64,000 bases of DNA, taken from NCBI GenBank assembly GCA_964187785.1, contig OZ076409.1, positions 93,188,001 through 93,252,000 on the forward strand, in the 5' to 3' direction. Source of the DNA: Amphiscolops sp. MND2022 (Eukaryota). Under the pieces are notes generated by a model. The model was not told where the DNA came from and ran no database searches. It worked only from the letters and a program-made list of their open reading frames with translations. Each line of letters begins with the position of its first letter. The stretch's first letter is position 1. The position numbers and the translations under genes are program-made. Below are positions 38,711 through 48,654 of the stretch, one piece after another.

Positions 38711-39780
38711 ATGAATTGTTTAATTTGTAATAAAAGTAGTGAAAAAAGTTTGTGTGATGATTGTAGTAATAAAAAAAGATGTAAAGATTGTAATACATCA
38801 AAATCCAATACAAATTTCTACATCTACAAAAATGGTAAAATGTACAATTCATGCAAAGTGTGTTTTAATAAAAAGGTGAGGTGTGAATTTTGTAATAAGG
38901 AATTAAATAAGAGTTATTTAAGGTCACACGTCAAGAAGCAACACTATAATCAACACTATATTTATAATCAGCACTATAATCAGCCTACTGGGGTGATTTG
39001 CTTCCGCGACAGCTATCGCGACAGCTAACGCGACAGCTATCACGAGATTTACCACGAGGCGTGTCTTCACACAATAATAATAATAATAATGCGGAAGCTA
39101 ACGCGAAAGCTATCGCGAAAGCTATCGCTAATGATGATAATGCGGGAGCTAACGCGGGAGCTAATGCTAATAGTGGTGTGAACGAAACTAATAGAACATT
39201 AATAGTTGGGCCATCATTTTGTGGTAAGACTCATTTGTTTTTGAATAAATTACGATTGATTCGTTTGGAAGATCCAGAGAAACAAATTCGTATCATCACA
39301 AGGAGTCCGGAACAATATGAGGATGCGGAGCTTTATATTCAAGGAATAGAAGTGGAAGAAAATGTGGGGGATTTGGAAGAGTATAGGGGGTGTTGTGTAG
39401 TATTTGATGATATGTTAGACTCCAACCAGAAATTGATTGATCCATTTTTTACTAGGGGAAGACACAAATCTTGTGATGTTTATTATTTATGTCAGAGTTA
39501 TTTTAATGCACCAAAAAAGACAGTTAGGAACAATTCGAATATAATAATTTTATTTCAACAAACACTGAAAGATGTAGAACATATTCATAGGGACATATCA
39601 GGTTTTGATATGTCTTATGAGGAATTCAAAAGTTTGTGCAGAGAAGCATGGAACGAAAAATTCAACTACCTTTTAATAAACAGATTGGAAGATAAAAATG
39701 GGAGTAGGTACAGGATTCGTAATGAATCTAATCCAAATTACAAGATCTTAAATCCCCAAACTGATCCTTTAAGTAATTAG
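38711..39780 (+). CDS. Packaging ATPase no. 2 (A32-like) preceded by a Cys-rich zinc-finger ORF; probably one frameshifted gene
   Basis: 38711-39028 has CxxC pairs and a C2H2 motif. 38998-39780 has Walker A GPSFCGKT, Walker B VVFDD, TRGRH and VRNN. The ATPase ORF lacks its own ATG start. Confidence 0.88.
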
Positions 39781-39796
39781 AGACTTCGTGAGGAGA

Positions 39797-40837
39797 TTAG
39801 GAGATCAAGTTGCTTTGTGTATTTTGGTGTTGAGAAGGTGATATGCATTCATACTCCAATAACTTGTCTATAATTGCAATAATTTGTTCATTAATCAAAA
39901 AACTATCATTTCCTCCAACTTTTTCAAAATAAAGTAGTTTCAATTGATCCACTAATTCGTCTGGGTCAGATGGGAGAAAAATGTACTGTTGTGTGGAACT
40001 TCGCGAATATTCACCATTTAATCCACTTCCTGTGAAGCCCTGTGATTGGCCCTGTGCAGAGCTCCCCGCGAAGCCCTGCAAATCATGTGCTTGTGTGTAG
40101 TCCTGTGCAGAGCTCCCCGCGAAGCCTTGTGTGTAGCCCTGCAATTGATAGCGAGAGTATAATTCTTTAATAAATTGATATCTGATTGATTTTTTATCTC
40201 CATAATTTAGATCATATTTCATATCATTTAAGAAGTTATAAATTGAGTCCCAGTTATTTATTTGTTTGTCAAATTGTGTATTAGTTATAAAATATTGAAG
40301 ATCTGGGTCATTTAAATTGTATGAATTCCCATTCTCGAAAGTCATTGTTGAACCTTTGATTAGTACTTGTTGTGGGTTATGGGGATTAATTGTGAATAAA
40401 TTTGTGGAGCTGTGTGGATAACCTCCTATGGGTTCTAAACTAAATTGACTTTTGTTTTTGTCGTTAAGTAAATTAGAAACTGTTTTTACAATACTAGAAT
40501 CAACCTGGTTGGAATTAACAAGACTTGTAAGAAGCTGATTGCGAAGATCCGCGTTATGATTTGTAATTTCATTATATTGTTTTATTCCTTCTTTAATAGA
40601 ATTTTGGAGAGTATTATTATTGTGTTCTATTGCTCTTGTCTGATTTTCAATGGCTTGTAGTTGTTTTTCATTTGATTCCACCTGCTTTGTAGTAACAGGT
40701 TCAAAAACTACTTCAAGGTCATAATGAAAGTCTTGCTTCCCTAGTTTCTCTTTTAACCTTTCTTTGCGTACTGAAGATTTTGTTTCTTGTAATTTTTTTA
40801 ATTTTTCCAAGTCATCTCGGTTGTGAATTGAATACAT
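39797..40837 (-). CDS. Conserved Maverick hypothetical protein (346 aa)
   Basis: Intact ORF; the C-terminal LPSDPDELVDQLKLL...GGND..INEQIIAIIDKL motif is recalled from Polinton accessory proteins. Confidence 0.75.
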   Translation of the reverse strand: MYSIHNRDDLEKLKKLQETKSSVRKERLKEKLGKQDFHYDLEVVFEPVTTKQVESNEKQLQAIENQTRAIEHNNNTLQNSIKEGIKQYNEITNHNADLRNQLLTSLVNSNQVDSSIVKTVSNLLNDKNKSQFSLEPIGGYPHSSTNLFTINPHNPQQVLIKGSTMTFENGNSYNLNDPDLQYFITNTQFDKQINNWDSIYNFLNDMKYDLNYGDKKSIRYQFIKELYSRYQLQGYTQGFAGSSAQDYTQAHDLQGFAGSSAQGQSQGFTGSGLNGEYSRSSTQQYIFLPSDPDELVDQLKLLYFEKVGGNDSFLINEQIIAIIDKLLEYECISPSQHQNTQSNLIS

Positions 40838-40863
40838 TTATTAGGTATAATTAATGCATACAA

Positions 40864-41382
40864 CTAGTGGATTTTCCCCAGATACAGGCCTTTACTATTA
40901 GTTCTTGCTTTTCTGTTTGTGTTGCTTGTGTTAGCTGCTTTGCTGCCTGCTTTGCTGCCTTTACTCGACAAACCTTCGCGAAGCCCTTCAGCTTTGTATA
41001 GGCCCTTCCCTTGATGAACAAATTTAATAACGTCGGGGGCTGTTGCGGCTATCATCCGAAGATTTTTACTTGCTGCTGCAGTTCCAATATTTGCTGCTAT
41101 TTCTAGTGCACGGCCTGGGTTATTGAGTATTTTCTTTCCAACATTTTTGGCTGCAGAACCTAAATGTTTGAAAAAGTCTCCCAATCCTTCCGCATCTACT
41201 GTTCGGTCAGATACAATTAGACTCTTATTTCTGTTACATATCATGCAGTTGCCACGTAATATTTTTACGGGCCTGCCCATCTGTATCCCAGTGTTTGTAA
41301 TATCTCCATAAATATTTGTGGTGGGAGAATAATGTTTTCCACCAACACAATATGAATTATTTATAAATTTATTATAACTCAT
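40864..41382 (-). CDS. Putative virion core/membrane-lytic precursor (Cys-containing N-domain plus amphipathic helix)
   Basis: YCVGG...RGNCMICNRNKS, then EGLGDFFKHLGSAAKNVGKK and a basic tail; resembles protease-processed core proteins of adenovirus-like elements. Confidence 0.6.
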   Translation of the reverse strand: MSYNKFINNSYCVGGKHYSPTTNIYGDITNTGIQMGRPVKILRGNCMICNRNKSLIVSDRTVDAEGLGDFFKHLGSAAKNVGKKILNNPGRALEIAANIGTAAASKNLRMIAATAPDVIKFVHQGKGLYKAEGLREGLSSKGSKAGSKAANTSNTNRKARTNSKGLYLGKIH

Positions 41383-41400
41383 TTATTATTATTAAAAGTA

Positions 41401-42462
41401 TTAAATTTTGATAATTTGAATTGTGAAGGTGAGTGTCTCCCCGTTGAAATCAACTGAATCATGATTAGAGTCCTCAAGGAAAAATTGAATGGTGTCCAGT
41501 CGTGTTTTGTTAATTGATTTGTACAAAACAGTTGTGGGTTCTTTTATAATTTTATATCCGGGAGGTGCGCTTAAATTGAAAGAAAATAAAATTTGTTCTC
41601 GTATACCATTAACAATTGAACCATCTACACAGTCGCACTTCAGACGAACTTTGTCGGTGGTTGTTATCATGACTGGTTTTTCTGAAGTGTGAGTTCCGGA
41701 TGGGTAATCACGTTGTGTAAAACCCAGGACTTTGTTAAGTTTGGAGTTAAAATGAATAGGATTTGAGGTTGTTAAAACTGATTTCATCGATATTGTGTCG
41801 GGTATTATGTTGAATTCAATACTAAAAACTGTAAGATCTTTTTTGAATTTTGACTTATCATCTAATTCATAACCTGAATCAGTAATTATATGTTTTATGG
41901 TATTATTTATTTCAATCAGTTCGTATACTCCTGGAACTAAATTTATATCAATAAACTCATTCTCAATTTCAAAGTTTGGAATAGTTATAGGAATGTTGCT
42001 CTTCATTTGCTTTAAATAGTCAAAATCTTTTTTCGGAAGTTTCTTCTTTTTTTTATAACTAGTAAGTAAATATATATTAGCTTTTTCTATAAATTCATAG
42101 TAAAGTTTATTAATCTCTAAATCATAAGTTTCAAATAGTTTTTTTATATTTGGCACCACTCCCGTGTCAAACTCAAGTGCATCGAGTTGTCGATCATTTA
42201 GAATAATCTGTAGTTTGTTATTGCTGTTAGTGATATTATAAACTGTATTGTACACTTCTAAACTTGTTACTCCCATCATCCATTTTTCATTTAAAATGAG
42301 AGGAACATCAAATGAGAAAGATTCTTTTTGTTTATTCATTTTAAATTCTAGAGTTTCTTGTGGTTTAGAATGAGTATTTTCAACAATTTCTTGATTAGAT
42401 TTTGCAATACTTAAAAGAAGAGATTCTTTTTTATCATAAGTTACGAAGGTGGATAGATCCAT
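41401..42462 (-). CDS. Minor capsid (penton, single jelly-roll) protein
   Basis: FDVPLIL..W..GVTSL...YNIT..NN at the N-terminus; LKCDCVDGS...PGYKII.EP...D...VDFNGE..TF at the C-terminus. Confidence 0.85.
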   Translation of the reverse strand: MDLSTFVTYDKKESLLLSIAKSNQEIVENTHSKPQETLEFKMNKQKESFSFDVPLILNEKWMMGVTSLEVYNTVYNITNSNNKLQIILNDRQLDALEFDTGVVPNIKKLFETYDLEINKLYYEFIEKANIYLLTSYKKKKKLPKKDFDYLKQMKSNIPITIPNFEIENEFIDINLVPGVYELIEINNTIKHIITDSGYELDDKSKFKKDLTVFSIEFNIIPDTISMKSVLTTSNPIHFNSKLNKVLGFTQRDYPSGTHTSEKPVMITTTDKVRLKCDCVDGSIVNGIREQILFSFNLSAPPGYKIIKEPTTVLYKSINKTRLDTIQFFLEDSNHDSVDFNGETLTFTIQIIKI

Positions 42463-42465
42463 TTA

Positions 42466-42696
42466 TTATAGATTAAATTGTTTGAATCCACTAGCGGAAA
42501 TGTTATTTATAAATTCTTGCCTATCTTTTGATAATGTTTTCTTATGCGATAGCTTCCGCAAATTTGTTGTATTTTTTCCATGATTTTGATTGTGAAGCTG
42601 TTCTGTGCAGCTGTGCGTGAAAGTTTGTGCGTTAGCTGTCGCAAAGCTGTGCGAGATAATTTTATATTGAGTTGAATAATTATTAATTTTCTTCAT
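42466..42696 (-). CDS. Small Maverick hypothetical protein (76 aa)
   Basis: ATAAATG start; tightly packed between the protease and penton genes. Confidence 0.55.
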   Translation of the reverse strand: MKKINNYSTQYKIISHSFATANAQTFTHSCTEQLHNQNHGKNTTNLRKLSHKKTLSKDRQEFINNISASGFKQFNL

Positions 42697-43127
42697 TTAT
42701 TAAGTTTGAAAGTTTGGTAGTATAAATTTAGTACTGCATTTTTGAACCCAATTTTATTTGTGAGATACAGTGTGTATAAACAATACGCCGCGCAATAACT
42801 GTCGTTGGTCTGAAATTGATATTCTGAATAAATACCATTTTTAATATGATTAAGTATATTAGTTGGGGGTGGGCATCCATATGAATCAAAATAATTTTGA
42901 TTTGTAAACATAACCCAATGTGTTCCCACTGAGGGATGTAAGTTAACTATACCACTGGTAGTGGTAAATTTATCATCTCTCATGTATATTCCACACTCTG
43001 TTATGTTCATGAGTTTTAAGATTTCTTTTATTTTTACATTGGAAGTTGCTTCGTTTTTTAATCCATATTTTTCAACAAAGTCTTTGAATGAGAGGTAATT
43101 GTGAAGCTGTGTTAACTGTCGTGCCAT
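42693..43127 (-). CDS. Adenain-like cysteine maturation protease
   Basis: IVNL...GTHWV...YFDSYG...QFQ....CAAYC, i.e. the His-Asp-Gln-Cys catalytic set. Confidence 0.92.
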   Translation of the reverse strand: MARQLTQLHNYLSFKDFVEKYGLKNEATSNVKIKEILKLMNITECGIYMRDDKFTTTSGIVNLHPSVGTHWVMFTNQNYFDSYGCPPPTNILNHIKNGIYSEYQFQTNDSYCAAYCLYTLYLTNKIGFKNAVLNLYYQTFKLNK

Positions 43128-43149
43128 TTCTTAGTTAATTTTCATTGTT

Positions 43150-43349
43150 GTTGGTTGTACATTAACGCTGGCTGTACAGCAACGCTGGTTGCAACGTTGA
43201 CATTAAACTATAGAGGTTAGTGAATTTTGCTTCATGGCAAAACACTGTTTTTGATGATTTGTCTTCTAAAAAGTCCTCAAAATCAATGGTTTTGAGGACT
43301 TTTAATTTTTGGCGTTTTGTTGGCCAGTATCGGGATTTCCACTACTACT
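43150..43349 (-). repeat. Right TIR of the Maverick; its terminal ~52 bp recur at 43574-43625
   Basis: Reverse complement of the left TIR with about 2 substitutions and one internal indel. Confidence 0.92.
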
Positions 43350-45341
43350 TAAGGGTTCACTTTTATAGCTTCATTTCTGGGACTTTTCTAAAATTGCGAA
43401 GGGATAAACTTGTTTTTTTTTGGGGCCATTGCAGGAAGGCAACGAAATCAAAGTACCAAAAACAAAGCTTGACGTTCGATTGACGTTTTCAGACTTCTTT
43501 GCTTTGAGATAGAAAACAAAAAAACGAATTCAGAAATTGTATCTTTGAGGCATAAAAACTGCTTCTAATTGTCACTTTTAATTTTTGGCGTTTTGTTGGC
43601 CAGTATCGGGATTTCCACTACTACTCCCTTAGGGTAAACTGTTTGTTTTTCGAATCAATTTTTCTTTTTGAATACCTTATTGTATTCAATTCCGATGCTT
43701 GGAGGAATAATAACTTATCAGTGGAAGCATTTTGAAAACCAGACAACAAGGAACCTGCTTTTTACAGCATCCGATATGACATTTCTGTGAAGAATTCTAG
43801 CTAAACTATTTCACTTTGGGCTATATATTTTAACTCATTTCACCTTTTGATTTTGTTTGTTCGAAAAAAAACGTCGTCCTGTTATGAATTGCTTCGCAAG
43901 AAGTATTTTTCAAAGTTTGCATTACGAGGAAACTTCCATAATATTTTTTGCCTCCGCTCAAATCTGATGCACATCTCTAGTTGCTTTCCTTTTCAAATGG
44001 GGTCAAAATGATCTTTGAAAGGTGAAGCAAATACATGTTTTGTGTTCTATCTACAAAAATAGCACTAATTTGAATTTTGAAAAGTGTTTTTATTTGCAAT
44101 CAAAAACAAGTACTCAATTTATCTCTCGATTATATATCTCTCGATATCCCGAACTTAACTTGAGATCGAACATGCGTTATTGGTGCTGCAGATTTTTGAT
44201 CATCTTCGTGCGTAAAGTTCAGTGATGTAATTCCAAAAATTTTTTCGTCAAAAATGATTAAAAAAGAAAGTTTTGCAAAACGTTCCAAATATTTTAACCA
44301 AAATACTTGAATGCTGTTGCCGTACATTTTTGATCTGTTTGTAAAATGAGTTTGCCCATATGAGATTTCGCAGTTTTTGCGTGGTCATATATTTGTTTAA
44401 CTGGTGATTACAATAAAGTGATTCGAAAAATCTTACAATGTTGCCAATTAATGAAACAGTGGCCAAACATAAAAACAAAGCTGAACGAAAGCAATTTTTT
44501 TTTCAGATAAGACCATGGTTTGTTTTTCCCCAATCTGATTCTGCGGAAAATCTGTTTGGTTTTTTTCTTCTGAAGAAAATGAAACACTATATGGGATTGT
44601 CGTGTGGAAAAAATTGGCAAACATTGGCAGTGAAACTATTAAACTTAGCATGTCCTATCGCTAAACTATAGCATCGATATTGTATACCCATAATTTGTTA
44701 AGGACCAGAAACCTTGTAGCCTCACTATGCTATAACAGTATAGCCGTTAGTCTCAATATTTGACCAAAAGACATACGGCTTTTTTTCGGCACTGTGTGAC
44801 TTTCCATCGTAACAATTCTCATTTGGTAAAAAGGTAACCATTCACTTCCCAAACAATTTTGTCTTGAAAAGTGTTTCACGAACCTAAAGAGTCTCCTTTT
44901 CAGTTTTTAGGCACTATAATTCATTTCCCAAAAAAAACAGTTAGGTTTTTCCAAACCTTGTGTTTCTTGATGTTTCGAATTTTCAAGTCTTATGTGTATC
45001 CTCTACTGTTTTCCTTTGAATATGTAAGTTCGTTAAGAAACATCAAGTTATGTCCCTTTGTCTTGTTCAAATGAATTTTCTCCAAGTTATCTTTTAGATG
45101 AGCAAGTTTCGGTTCAAGTTGCATCATTGTAAAATCCTTGTCCTATGTATATCTGAATGGCACCAGATACGTTTGGTCTATAGAATGTACAATCTTTCAA
45201 AGCCAGAAGCGCTGCAATCGTTTTCCTTCACTTTCATGCTCCAATGAGTCTCACACCTTCAAAACAAATATGAATAATAAATACAAAATGATGAAAAATC
45301 CCTTTTGTGTTCACTGAGGGGCCTGGGGGTAGGTACGAGAG

Positions 45342-46190
45342 AAAACAAAACCGGAACGTCGAATGTCGGCGCTATACCTGAAGCTCAGAAACCGCAAATT
45401 TTTGAATATGCTCAGGGCGTTTATGAAAAGCTTCAAAACACCAAAAGGGTGCCTTTCGTGCTCGGAAAACGCTTCAGAAGTTCGGATCTAGCGTGCTCAG
45501 ACAAATACAAGCGCTTTTTTGATTCTGCGTCCCCTCCTCAGTAAAACGCAAAACACGCCGGAAATAACGTCAAAAGTTCGGATAGAGCGTGCTGGGACAA
45601 ACGGAAGCGCTTGTTTTCAAACCTCCGCCTCCTCCTCAGTTAACCGCAATATAGTTCGGAAATAACGTTAGAAATTCGGATATAGCCCAATATTTTCGAA
45701 CCGCCACGTCCAAAATTCAGACAGTATTGAAAAAAATTATTTGATGGAAATATATGGAAAAACCTAATATCAGACAAATCATTGAGAATTTTCAACAGTC
45801 TCATAGTGCCAAAAACCTAAAAAGGGACACCTTGTGCTTTTTTGACATCCATTTTGTTTCAAAATATCACCGAAATATAAGGGAGTACCCTTTGGAGACA
45901 TTAAATAAAAAATTTTCGGAAAAAAATTCCCACTGTGCAGAAAAATTGAAAGGGGAGACCCTTTAGTCTCGCTTGGTTTTTATGGTACGTTAAAAAAGAA
46001 ACAAATGAGGGGAGACCCTTTGCACTACTTTAGATGCGTTTTCGCTGGCCAGACGTGGCCAGTACAGTAGTTTAGTAGCTTTAGTAGTTTCTGTAAAAAG
46101 TGTCCACAACGCAAAGATTCTGTTATCTGACGAAAAAAATTGTCACTGTAATAGTCGGGTTCATTTTCTACAAAAATGCGCCGACTAAAA
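45342..46190 (-). mobile_element. Helentron/HINE-like repeat (diverged subfamily)
   Basis: CCGGAACGTCGAATGTCGGCGCTATACCTG at the left and GCGCCGACTAAAA at the right; shares internal sequence with 62069-62839. Confidence 0.6.
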
Positions 46191-47065
46191 TGTGCGTCAT
46201 CCTCTGTAACATCAAGCTAGCGGCGCACATGCTAGAGTTGGGATATTGTTTAGGTAACCTCGACAGGCGGCCATGGTCCTACAGCATCTCTAAACATCAG
46301 TTTTTGTCCCAGAAATGGTCTCCTAGGGGACTTTTCTGACGTTTAGAAGGATCCTCATTCAGAACTTCGCGGCGACGTGCCGGAAACACTCAAGTCTGGA
46401 CACGTTCTACAGGGACGTAAAATCTAATGATTCCGAGGTCCAAGAACGGCAATTAGGCAAAATACATTTTATTGACGAAATTTAATGGAAAATGGGGATC
46501 TAACAGGTCCATCATAACCATGTCTCTGAAAATTCAAACTAACAGGCTAGAATAATTACACATTTAGCACCTTGCAACGAAATTCAACGAATTTCGATGT
46601 CCGACATAGTTTGTACAAAAGTTGTGAGTCTTTGCTGTTCAATTTCGGCATTTTCTGGGGATTGTTTTCAGAAGGGGCGTCCTTTGTGGGAAAGCCCAAC
46701 ACAGTGACCATGAGGATGTGTCTTTTTTAGCGTTCTGGTTTCTCTCTCTTTTTTCGGCGTCTCTTTTTTTGTCGTTCGCCGTCTTCTCAACTGATTTCCC
46801 GGTACCTGCAAGGTCGAGCATGTCACACTTCAAATTTTTCAAAGTTGCGAACAGATCCACCAAACTGGTGGACGTTACACACTTTAAACCTAATTTGACA
46901 AACGAAAATTCTTTCACCATTCAAGGCTCACTTCGAACACAATTTCATAGTCAAACAGAGTGCCAATCAAAATTGAGAATTCGATTCGGTTCTGCTATAG
47001 ATTTATTCTTCATTATTACCGTTCGGCTATACAACCTACCACGCAAAAAACTTGTTTCGTTTCAG

Positions 47066-47762
47066 GCTGACGCAACTGATTACCCGAACTCGCCTCCGAA
47101 TCGGAGCCGTGACTATCTGGGTGACGTTGCTGCTTTTCGGCACTGGGTTCGTGCTTGGATCTGATTTGCACACGAGTAAGGAGATGGGAGCCGAATGGTG
47201 CATCATCAAGATGATTGGCTTGTCTACCGTCCAATCAGGGATCATCATTGAACAGTTTACAGACAAAGAAACTCGGTTACTTATGCGTAGACATATGCAA
47301 AAATGAAATTGATTCGAAATTTTCAACGGATTTTTTGTTTCAAACTCCTTCCTAAACTCGAACCTCGGCTATTTTGAAAAAAAATCTAAAGAAAGATCTC
47401 AAAAATACAAAAAGGTTGAATTAGTCAAACAATTGGGTTTGTTTTCAACATTTAGTTGAAAAGAAATGAAGAAATTTTATGTTTCGATAGCTAGCGGCGA
47501 TTTTGAAAAAATTAGCGACTAGTCTTTCTTAACTACTGTCTGTGAAGGTTGTTATCCAAATTTGGTAATCCCTGAGTCGTGTCCAATCAGGATTGCCCAT
47601 TTGCATCGTGTTCGTCATAATCCCGATTCTGTGTCTGAGCATCTTGTATGGGGCGACTAGCTGGACTCTGATTCGCAGCATTGCCACATTCAAGTCGACT
47701 GCTACTGTCGGACAAGGATCCGAGACAACCCGAAGTCGTGGCAGCGGTCGTTACCAAAGCAG
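47066..47762 (+). CDS. Next GPCR exon (ICL2-TM4-ECL2-TM5), interrupted by a 352-bp insertion
   Basis: The tttcAG acceptor is phase-compatible with the 12821 donor (AA+G=Lys). Reads LTQLITRTRLRIGAVTIWVTLLLF...EWCIIKMIGLSTVQSG, resumes at ~47591 as LPICIVFVIIPILCLSILYGATSWTLIRS (TM5 P and Y), and ends AG/GTGATT. Confidence 0.8.
47236..47574. mobile_element. MITE-like insertion with hAT-like CAGGG termini inside the GPCR exon
   Basis: CAGGGATCATCA ... TGGTAATCCCTG (10/12 inverted match); GTCCAATCAGG duplicated at 47229-47239 and 47581-47591. Confidence 0.55.
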
Positions 47763-48573
47763 GTGATTATAATTCATAACTACCCCAGTTAACTACCATC
47801 TTGACTGCGAAGGCAAGATCTCGCCAAGTTTTTACTAGAATCCATGCCAAGGTTCTAAACTAAGATCTTATCAAGATACGCCATTATCCCAAGTTCGAAC
47901 AAATTAGGTTTTGAAAGGTTCAATAAAGAGTGCATGGGAACAAATTTTAAATTTTAATTACATTTCTGGGTCTTTACAAGCTTGTTTTAAGGTATATCTA
48001 TTGGATCTTGTATGAGTCACATTTTTGCTGAGTTTTGGGTTTCATTAGAGCTTGCAAAAACACAATTTCAAGTAATCTAACCTCAATTTTTTTATTATTA
48101 ATACCTTTTTAACCTTTTTTGTGCTGCATTTTTTCCAATTGTGCGGTTTTTGGGAAAATTTTTTCTCGTCAACTTGACCTTCTTAAATAGTACTTTTTTA
48201 AAAACAGGCCTGTATTGATAAGATCTCACCATGGCAACATGCGTACTTTGGCAAGATCTTTACAAGATATTTTCAAGATTTTTCGTACATCTTGGCAGCG
48301 TCTTATCAAAACTCTTGCAAAATATCCTTGGAGGTCCGACCCGGTCATGAATAATTGAGACATATTTCAAAGAAACAAATTCCAAGAGTTGGCAGAAGTT
48401 TCACCAAGTTGACCTTACTCAAAGCAATATTGCATTGAAATTGTTCGCTTCCTGAACGTTTTCTGGTTGGAAGCTCCCGATTTTGAAAGAACTGATGAGA
48501 TGGTAGACTTTTCCTTGCATATCGAAGTCCAATGTGAACATTTTTTGCCTCCATGACAATTTTATGTCTTCAG

Positions 48574-48654
48574 CAATGACAACACACGGAAACATCAACG
48601 CGTTGTCTTCAAATCGGCATCAGAGAACAATGAAAGATACCCGCCACTGAAGCT
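48574..48654 (+). CDS. Probable small GPCR exon (ICL3)
   Basis: ttcAG...GTaagt, 81 nt, open frame, phase-compatible with the 47762 donor; no diagnostic motif. Confidence 0.5.

Larger units (their letters stand above)
26215..43625. mobile_element. Maverick/Polinton (adintovirus-like endogenous virus) with EndoVII-type pPolB, partly decayed
   Basis: Termini AGTAGTAGTGGAAATCCC...GGGATTTCCACTACTACT and 6-bp TSD CCCTTA (26209-26214, 43626-43631). Encodes pPolB, integrase, capsids, protease and ATPases. Confidence 0.97.
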
